Below, one piece after another: positions 16,571 to 23,305 of a stretch of DNA of 23,305 bases. The notes beneath the pieces were generated by a model that had not been told where the DNA came from, did not search any database, and worked only from the letters and a program-made list of their open reading frames with translations. Made by a program: the position numbers and the translations under genes. This stretch comes from a bacterium. Lineage in GTDB: Bacteria > Patescibacteriota > Patescibacteriia > UBA1558 > S5-K13. How positions within the stretch are numbered: position 1 is the first letter of the stretch; each line of letters starts with the position of its first letter. Location: NCBI GenBank assembly GCA_029555085.1, contig JAKPTO010000041.1, positions 1 through 23,305 of the forward strand, in the 5' to 3' direction.

Positions 16571-17218
16571 ATGGAATTTAATATAATTACAATATTCCCA
16601 AAAATTTTAGACTCTTATTATAAGGAGAGTATTTTGGGTCGTGCGCAAAAAAATAAATTAATAAAAATAAATTATATAAATTTAAGAGATTTCACCAATG
16701 ATAAACACAAAAGTGTAGATGATTCTCCGTATAGTGGAGGAGCTGGGATGATTTTAAAAATAGAACCACTCGTAAAAGCAATAAAATCCATAAAGAAAAA
16801 AAAGAAGGGTAAAATTATTTTACTTGACCCAAAAGGAAAAGTTTACAATCAAAAAATTGCAAATGAATTTTCTAAATTAAATCAAATAATTTTTGTAAAT
16901 GGCTATTATGAGGGGGCTGATGCAAGAATTGATAAATTCGTAGATGAAAAAATATCACTTGGAAACTTTGTCCTTACAAATAGTGAATTAGCTACGGCTA
17001 TGATAATTGACTCTGTATCACGCCTTATTCCAAAAGTTTTAGGAAATAAAGAATCTCTAAAATATGAATCACATGACTCTGGTTTAGAATATCCACAATA
17101 TACTCGCCCTGAAATTTTTAAATATAAAAATAAAATTTATAAGGTTCCAAAAATATTATTGTCGGGAAATCATAAGGAAATTGAAATTTGGAAAAAAAAG
17201 AATTTAAAACAAAAATAG
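16571..17218 (+). CDS. trmD: tRNA (guanine-N1)-methyltransferase
   Basis: VDDSPYSGGAGM, YEG, SRLIP, LEYPQYTRP and VPKILLSGNH motifs. Confidence 0.95.
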   Translation: MEFNIITIFPKILDSYYKESILGRAQKNKLIKINYINLRDFTNDKHKSVDDSPYSGGAGMILKIEPLVKAIKSIKKKKKGKIILLDPKGKVYNQKIANEFSKLNQIIFVNGYYEGADARIDKFVDEKISLGNFVLTNSELATAMIIDSVSRLIPKVLGNKESLKYESHDSGLEYPQYTRPEIFKYKNKIYKVPKILLSGNHKEIEIWKKKNLKQK

Positions 17219-17271
17219 ACAATTCTATAAAAAAACAAAAAATACCTAATCTGGTATTTTTATTTTATATA

Positions 17272-17355
17272 TGGTACCGGGAAGAGGACTCGAACCTCCA
17301 CGCCAATGGCACTTGCTCCTAAGGCAAGCGTGTCTACCAATTCCACCATCCCGGC
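17272..17355 (-). tRNA. tRNA-Leu(UAG)
   Basis: CTTGC-CTTAGGA-GCAAG anticodon arm, variable arm and CCA. A TTGACC-17-TATAAT promoter lies upstream. Confidence 0.96.
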
Positions 17356-17535
17356 ATATAAATCAATTTTATAAAAAAATTATACGCTTGAATCATATAT
17401 TGGTCAAGTAAAAGAGGTAATGTGCACACACATATTGCACTTTTATGCTAATCCAGGGGCATATGTAAAAAATAATTCAGACACCTTAACTTTGTACAAC
17501 TATTAAATATATAAAAAATTAGATATAATGTAAGC

Positions 17536-18204
17536 ATGTTAAATAAAAAATCAAAATATCTTCAAATAGCTTTTAATCGTTCTTTTTCTGAAGTAAAAAA
17601 CATGATTTCACTTCTTCCCGCTTCAGATAAAATAATAATAGAAGCAGGGACTCCATTTATAAAAAACTACGGTGTAGGCGGAGTAAGTTCTTTAAATTAT
17701 TGGTGGAGTAATAAAATTTCTGGACCAGTATATATTGTCGCTGACTTAAAGTGCATGGACAGGGGCTCCAGAGAAGTAGAAGAAATGGCTCATGCTGGAG
17801 CATCAGCTGTAACATGTTTGGGACTTGCACCAATTGAAACCATAAACGAATTTATAAAAAAATGCGGAGATGTTGGAATTGATTCAATGATAGATATGCT
17901 AAATGTAGAATTTCCATTCGAAATATTACAAAAATTAAAAAAACTCCCAAATGTTGTTGTTTTACATCGTGGAGTTGATGAAAATGAAAAAAATAAAGAA
18001 AAAAGAATTCCACACGAACAAATTCACAGAATAAAAGGAGCATATAATGATGTTTTGATTTCCGTTGCTGGTGGAGAAACGCTCCGGGATGTTATAAGAA
18101 CATTTTTCAATGATTCAGATATTGCTGTTGTATGGAAATCTTTTTATCAATCTCCGAGAGATACAGCAAAACTAGCTCAAGAATTTTTAAAATTAATAAA
18201 GTAA
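17536..18204 (+). CDS. Hexulose-6-phosphate synthase-like (OMPDC-superfamily) barrel protein
   Basis: YLQIA, EAGTP, DLKCMD, DMLN, LHRGVDE and VAGG motifs. Resembles the Hps domain of archaeal Fae-Hps. Confidence 0.85.
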   Translation: MLNKKSKYLQIAFNRSFSEVKNMISLLPASDKIIIEAGTPFIKNYGVGGVSSLNYWWSNKISGPVYIVADLKCMDRGSREVEEMAHAGASAVTCLGLAPIETINEFIKKCGDVGIDSMIDMLNVEFPFEILQKLKKLPNVVVLHRGVDENEKNKEKRIPHEQIHRIKGAYNDVLISVAGGETLRDVIRTFFNDSDIAVVWKSFYQSPRDTAKLAQEFLKLIK

Positions 18205-19158
18205 ATGGAACAAAATAATCCAAAAAGAAACAGCCTACTAATACAAATAATATTAGGCATTGTATTATTTGCTATAAATCCTGCCCTGGGTATAATTTAT
18301 ATAATTTTTAATCTTGCAACAAATAAAAAAAGTTTTTCAGATAAATCCCCTAACTCTGTTTTTTCTAATTTTTTACAAAAAATCAATCAATTACAAAACA
18401 CATCCTTAACAAAAAATTCTTTCAGTCAAAATACACAAGAGGTCTCAAAAAAATCAACGCCTTCAATGGCTTTAAATTTGTTTAACTCTTCTGACCAAAA
18501 AATTAGATTACAAAAAAGGAAAAAATATTTACATATTGCTTTAAATAATACACTTGAAGAAGCGAGTAAAATTCTTTACCAATTACCATTTTCGGAAAAG
18601 TTTTTAATCGAAGTTGGAACTCCGCTTATAAAAACATATGGTACAGGTGCAATTTCGCAGATAAAAAGCATGGTTCCGACTGGCACATACATAGTTGCTG
18701 ATAATAAATGTGCTGATTTAGCAAATAGAGAGGTGGAAATAATGGCAAATGCAGGAGCTAATGCAGCAACATGTCTTGGTGTCGCACCAATTGAAACAAT
18801 TAATAGTTTTATAGAAGAATGTGAAAAACATGATATTGATTCTATTATTGACATGATGAATGTTGAGAGCTCAATAGAAGTTTTAAAAAAATTAAAAAAA
18901 CTCCCAAATGTTGTAATGTTACATCGGGGAGTTGATGAAAGTGAATTCTCTAAAGAAAAACAAATTCCATATCACCAAATAAAACAAATCAAAGGCGCTT
19001 ATAATATTTTAGTTGCTGTTGCTGGTGGAGATACTATCAAAGAAGTACAGCGCGCTGTTTTCAATGATGCAGATATTGTTGTTGTTTGGAAAAACTTCTA
19101 TTCATCGAGTTCTGATACGGCTAATTTAGCAGAAATGTTTTTAAAAAAAATACAATAA
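18205..19158 (+). CDS. Membrane-anchored Hps-like barrel protein (paralog)
   Basis: N-terminal hydrophobic segment and S/N/Q-rich linker, then EVGTP, DNKCAD, LHRGVDE and VAGG. Confidence 0.85.
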   Translation: MEQNNPKRNSLLIQIILGIVLFAINPALGIIYIIFNLATNKKSFSDKSPNSVFSNFLQKINQLQNTSLTKNSFSQNTQEVSKKSTPSMALNLFNSSDQKIRLQKRKKYLHIALNNTLEEASKILYQLPFSEKFLIEVGTPLIKTYGTGAISQIKSMVPTGTYIVADNKCADLANREVEIMANAGANAATCLGVAPIETINSFIEECEKHDIDSIIDMMNVESSIEVLKKLKKLPNVVMLHRGVDESEFSKEKQIPYHQIKQIKGAYNILVAVAGGDTIKEVQRAVFNDADIVVVWKNFYSSSSDTANLAEMFLKKIQ

Positions 19159-19159
19159 C

Positions 19160-19936
19160 TTATTTTGTTTTTGTTGTTTGTGATAGTGCTTTTATTCCTT
19201 CCAAAACTTCTACCGGCAAAGCAAAAATTACTGTCTTTGATGGATCTGGATTTATTTTTTCTATTGTCTGTAATGTTCTCATTGATAAACCACCTGGTGT
19301 TGTACTAAGAGTATTTGCTGCTTGTGATAATTTTTGAGATGCTTGAAATTCTCCTTCTGCTCTAATAATAATTGCTCTTCTTTCTCTTTCTGATTCAGCT
19401 TGTTTCGCCATTACGCGTTTCATGTCCGCAGGAAGTTCGATGTCTTGTATTTTTATATCTGTAACTGATATTCCCCATGACTGAGTTGCTGCACTTACAA
19501 TGTTTTGAATTTCTTCTGCTGTTTGTTCTCTTTCTGATAAAAGAGGATCGAGCTCAATTCCGCCTATAACATCACGAAGCGCAGCCTGAGCATACTGAGA
19601 AACAGCCAAAGTATAATCTTGAATATTTAAAATTGCATTCTCCGCTGACTGAACTTGAAAATAAACAACAGCATTTATTCCAACAGGAACATTGTCTCTT
19701 GTAATAACTTCCTGTTGTGGTATATCTGTTGTTCTTATACGCATATCAACTTTTATCATTTTTTGTATACCTGGAAAAATCCAAGTTAATCCGGGTTGTC
19801 TTGTACTTGTATATTTTCCAAATGTTAATATAACACCTCGCTCATATTGATTTACAATTCTCAAACCGGATAAAAAGAACACTGCTATAATTACCAAGAT
19901 TGGAATAACAAACATTAACCCTACTATTATTTCCAT
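19160..19936 (-). CDS. SPFH/stomatin-like (slipin) protein
   Basis: N-terminal TM; QYERGV, QEVITRDNV and MAKQAESERERRA..AEGE motifs. Confidence 0.93.
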   Translation of the reverse strand: MEIIVGLMFVIPILVIIAVFFLSGLRIVNQYERGVILTFGKYTSTRQPGLTWIFPGIQKMIKVDMRIRTTDIPQQEVITRDNVPVGINAVVYFQVQSAENAILNIQDYTLAVSQYAQAALRDVIGGIELDPLLSEREQTAEEIQNIVSAATQSWGISVTDIKIQDIELPADMKRVMAKQAESERERRAIIIRAEGEFQASQKLSQAANTLSTTPGGLSMRTLQTIEKINPDPSKTVIFALPVEVLEGIKALSQTTKTK

Positions 19937-20172
19937 ATAATTTTTATTATAAATCCAAATTGTAAATTTGAATCTATAATTTATTAATTATTAAAACTAA
20001 TTTTATTATACAATAGCTTATAAAATTGAACAATAATACCCAAGTTAAAAACTTTTATTAATGCTTATTTTTTTGTATAAAATACATCGAAAAAAACTTT
20101 TTAAAAATTAATAAAAAAAACAATTGACAAAAAAATACAAACAAAAATCAAAGATATTAAGCAACAAAAAAA

Positions 20173-20201
20173 TTGACTTATACACAAGAACGTGCTAATA
20201 T
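20173..20201 (+). promoter_or_regulatory. sigma70 promoter of the RRM gene
   Basis: TTGACT-17-TAATAT with TG extension. Confidence 0.6.
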
Positions 20202-20304
20202 TTAAACATTAAGCAAGAATTGGGTCCTTATCCTTTCACAAATAAATAAGTGTTAGGTTGGAAAAAGATCGACTTGCAATTTATAAATTTATTTGTGAAA
20301 AATT

Positions 20305-20589
20305 ATGTCAACAAAATTATATGTAGGCGGAATATCTTATAGCACAAAAGAGGATGGACTAAAAGAATACTTCTCACAAGCTGGAAATGTCACTTCTGCT
20401 ATCATAATAACCGATAAAATATCAGGCCGCTCAAAAGGTTTTGGTTTTGTGGAAATGGAAACAGAAGACGAAGCTAAGTCAGCCATAGAAATGTTCAACG
20501 GAAAAGAATTTGAAGGAAGAACCTTAACGGTAAATGAAGCTAGACCAAAAGAGGATCGACCAAGAACAGGTGGATTCAATAGAAATTAA
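20305..20589 (+). CDS. RRM (RNP-1) RNA-binding protein
   Basis: RNP2 LYVGGI, RNP1 KGFGFVEM, and GRTLTVNEARP. Confidence 0.95.
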   Translation: MSTKLYVGGISYSTKEDGLKEYFSQAGNVTSAIIITDKISGRSKGFGFVEMETEDEAKSAIEMFNGKEFEGRTLTVNEARPKEDRPRTGGFNRN

Positions 20590-20612
20590 GACAAAAGATA
20601 ATGCCTTTATAT

Positions 20613-20642
20613 AAACCAGTCCCGCACGGGACTGGTTTTTTA
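20613..20642 (+). terminator. Intrinsic terminator
   Basis: AAACCAGTCCCG/CGGGACTGGTTT stem followed by a T-run. Confidence 0.85.
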
Positions 20643-20686
20643 ATTTATTTTTTATGATATACTAGGTATAAATAATAACAAATACA

Positions 20687-21349
20687 ATGAAAAATAGATT
20701 AAAAGCAATAATTTGGGATTTTGATGGAACAATTGCTGACACGCACGGAATTCATGCAAAAACAGAAGCTGAAACTCTAAAAAAATATGGAATTAAAATT
20801 TCCGAATCTGAAATTATAAAAAGATTTTCTGGTGTTAAATTAAATGTAATTTTTAAAACTCTCTTTGAAGAAAACAATGCCAAAGGAAATCATATGCAAG
20901 CATGTGAAATAAAATGGCGCATGATGAATAAAATAATTTCAAAAAATATTCCAAAATACATGCCAGGAGTAAAAAACCTTTTCAATGAATGCAAAAAACA
21001 AAATATAAAAATGGCAATTGCGTCATCGTCAATAAGAGATTATCTTGATTTGGCAATTAAAAAAATGAAAATAGAAAATTATTTCGAGATAATTATAAGC
21101 GGAGATGATGTTAAAAATAGCAAACCAGATCCAGAAATTTTTCTTAAAGCAATAAAATGTTTAAAACTAAAACCTTCGCAATGCTTAATAATAGAAGATG
21201 GAACCGTCGGGGTAATAGCGGCACAAAACGCAAAAATAAAATGTATTGCAGTGGGAGATCATATTGATAAATCAATACTTAAAAAAACAAGTGTTCATAC
21301 AGACACCTTAGAAAAAGTAAATTTAGATTTTATAAATAAATTATTTTAA
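20687..21349 (+). CDS. HAD-superfamily phosphatase (beta-PGM/CbbY-like)
   Basis: DFDGTIADT, IASSS, SKPDPEIF and IIEDG motifs. Confidence 0.92.
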   Translation: MKNRLKAIIWDFDGTIADTHGIHAKTEAETLKKYGIKISESEIIKRFSGVKLNVIFKTLFEENNAKGNHMQACEIKWRMMNKIISKNIPKYMPGVKNLFNECKKQNIKMAIASSSIRDYLDLAIKKMKIENYFEIIISGDDVKNSKPDPEIFLKAIKCLKLKPSQCLIIEDGTVGVIAAQNAKIKCIAVGDHIDKSILKKTSVHTDTLEKVNLDFINKLF

Positions 21350-22909
21350 TTTTTTTAATATTTCCAAAAATTTTTTTTCTGCCTCTTCTTTGGTCTCAAA
21401 ATCTAACTCAGATAATTCGCCTATTATCTGCTTTTTTATTTTTCCTATTTCAGAACCAGATTTTAAATTAAGTTCTTCCATTATTATTCTTCCATTTACT
21501 ATTTTTTCTATATCAATTCCTTTTTTGTTTTCATTTTCAATTTCTTTTTTAGCGTCCTCAAAAAAATTAAATATTTTATCAAAATGTTTTTTATTATTAT
21601 TTCCGCTTTCCTGTATGGATGATTCGCTATCAGCATAGGCAAGATCCATAAGTCGTTCAACCTGTTTTTCACTGCTTTGTTTTATTAATTTTTTTATTGC
21701 TTTTACAGATTTTATTCTCGCGGTTTCTTCGTTATTATTTTCTATAAAATCAAAAATTTGCATAAATATTCTAAGATGATTTTTTATAATCCACGATATT
21801 TCTTTTATTTCAACTCTAGAAAATTTTAATCTTTTTAATATGTGGGAAGCTTTTTCTGCACCAATTTCGTCGTGCCCAACAAAACTTATTTTTTCTTTTC
21901 CATTTTTTATCTCTGATTTCCTAGTTTCTGATTTTCCAATGTCATGAAACATTGCTGCCCATTTTAATATTGGATCGGCATTTTCAGGCAAATTTTCACA
22001 TGTCATTTTAGTATGAATTAATACATTTCCTTCCATGTGGTATGGCGCACCCTGTTCACACATTTCCAATTCTTTAAGTTCTGGAAAAATATTTTCAAGT
22101 AAATTTAACTCATCTAACAATTCAATGATATTTTTTCCATTACTTAATTTTATCATTTTATCTAGTTCTTTTTTTAATAATTCTTTTGGAATATTATTTA
22201 TTTCGGAGCTATGCTTTCTAATTGCCTCCTTGTCTTTTTCATTTATAGAAAAATTGGTTTTTAGTATAAATCTCGCATATCTAAGCATTCTAGATTTATC
22301 TTCTTTTATTCTTTCTTCTGGATTTCCAACAAATCGCAATCTTTTTTCTGATATATCTAATAAACCGCCTACATAGTCAATTACATTTCCTGAAAGAGGA
22401 TTATAAAAAAGAGCATTTATTGTAAAATCTCTGCGCATTGCGTCTATTCCAGGACTTGTGATAGGCACGATGGTCTCAGGGTGCACGCCGTCTTTATATT
22501 CACCATCCATTCTAAATGTGGCTATTTCATACTCTTCGCCGTTTTCAAAAACAATCCTTACAACCTGAAATGTTTGCCCCTGGGCTTCTATTTTTTTGAT
22601 ATTTTGAAGATTATTCTCTAATAAGGTCTTTACCTTGTCGTATGTAAGATTTGTCACAAAATCAATGTCTTTTGGAGATTCACCTAGTAATATGTCTCTT
22701 ACGAAGCCCCCTGAAATAAGTATTCTAGTTTTTTCCAAACTATTATTTTGCTTAAATACATCAATTATTTGTTTTGCTCCAGTTGGTGCAATGCCCTCCT
22801 CAATGTTTTTGTAAATATCGTCAATATTCCCAAGTCGCATTGTGTTTATTTTTTTAGCTTCAAGAGTTTCGTTTGACGATTCTATATTTTGTATTTTTAT
22901 TCGTTCCAT
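21341..22909 (-). CDS. cca: CCA tRNA nucleotidyltransferase with HD domain
   Basis: GGFVRD..DIDF, RRDFTINA and EDKSRMLR motifs; HD domain H..EG.V..HT..HDIGK. Confidence 0.9.
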   Translation of the reverse strand: MERIKIQNIESSNETLEAKKINTMRLGNIDDIYKNIEEGIAPTGAKQIIDVFKQNNSLEKTRILISGGFVRDILLGESPKDIDFVTNLTYDKVKTLLENNLQNIKKIEAQGQTFQVVRIVFENGEEYEIATFRMDGEYKDGVHPETIVPITSPGIDAMRRDFTINALFYNPLSGNVIDYVGGLLDISEKRLRFVGNPEERIKEDKSRMLRYARFILKTNFSINEKDKEAIRKHSSEINNIPKELLKKELDKMIKLSNGKNIIELLDELNLLENIFPELKELEMCEQGAPYHMEGNVLIHTKMTCENLPENADPILKWAAMFHDIGKSETRKSEIKNGKEKISFVGHDEIGAEKASHILKRLKFSRVEIKEISWIIKNHLRIFMQIFDFIENNNEETARIKSVKAIKKLIKQSSEKQVERLMDLAYADSESSIQESGNNNKKHFDKIFNFFEDAKKEIENENKKGIDIEKIVNGRIIMEELNLKSGSEIGKIKKQIIGELSELDFETKEEAEKKFLEILKKLK

Positions 22910-23166
22910 TTTTTCAAAATTTAAGGTTTTGTAATTCCAAAATCAAAACTAATTGTTTTTTGCTGAGGTTCTTTTATATTTTTATAAATATTTAATAATT
23001 AATAATTACATAATTTATATATTTATTATATTATACCATATTAAAAAAATACAAAAATTTAAAATTGTATTACACGCTTAATATTGATCGAGTTCATATA
23101 CATATTGGACTTATAAATAAAAAAATAACTATTTATCCAATATATACGCTGGACTAATACATGCAC

Positions 23167-23305
23167 CGTCTTCTATCCAATAGCTTGGCAACACTTAGCA
23201 ATCATTTGACTAGGTGTTTTTAGATTAATACCAAGATGTAATCTTTCTTCATTATAGTATTTTAAGTATCTTGATAAGTATCTATTAATAATACTAACAT
23301 CTTTA
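23167..23305 (-). mobile_element. Right end of an IS481-like insertion sequence (truncated by window)
   Basis: CCAATAGCTTGGCAACACTT (23177-23196) is inverted relative to 110-129, and the transposase stop lies inside the IR. Confidence 0.8.
23173..23304 (-). CDS. IS481-like transposase, C-terminal fragment
   Basis: ...RYLKYYNEERLHLGINLKTPSQMIAKCCQAIG* contains the rve-family YN..R.H..L...TP motif. Confidence 0.85.
   Translation of the reverse strand, partial: KDVSIINRYLSRYLKYYNEERLHLGINLKTPSQMIAKCCQAIG

Noticed and set aside
17420-17506. 28-codon ORF (MCTHILHFY...) upstream of the Hps-like pair
   Set aside because: GAGGT is only 1 nt from the ATG and there is no other support.
21341-22909. 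Poly(A) polymerase or split CC-/A-adding enzyme
   Set aside because: The EDxxR template motif, a full flexible loop and the HD domain fit an ordinary CCA-adding enzyme. This cannot be fully excluded without an alignment.
1-23305. Genetic code 25 (UGA=Gly) given the low GC
   Set aside because: Conserved genes are intact under code 11, and several end at TGA directly before terminators.

Overview
A very AT-rich bacterial chromosomal segment read with genetic code 11. Its gene content resembles Patescibacteria/CPR: stand-alone GlmU N-domain, PilT, lamin-tail/PKD and Gmad2 surface proteins, and core genes that mostly lack a Shine-Dalgarno (SD) site. Both window ends cut through an IS481-like element that the ORF track missed: the transposase N-terminus and left end at 1-138, and the right end and C-terminus at 23167-23305, sharing a perfect 20-bp inverted repeat. 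Between them are a likely oriC (five DnaA boxes and two perfect parS sites) with no dnaA, dnaN or parAB nearby, seven tRNAs, and core genes (rplS, ssb, mscL, khpA, trmD, cca). Less usual content includes a tandem pair of Hps-like barrels with a remodelled active site (one membrane-anchored), an orphan PurD-like ATP-grasp protein, a possible ADP-ribosyltransferase-fold protein, duplicated orphan mini-gene cassettes, and several promoter-driven structured RNA candidates. All family assignments come from recognising motifs by eye, not from database searches.
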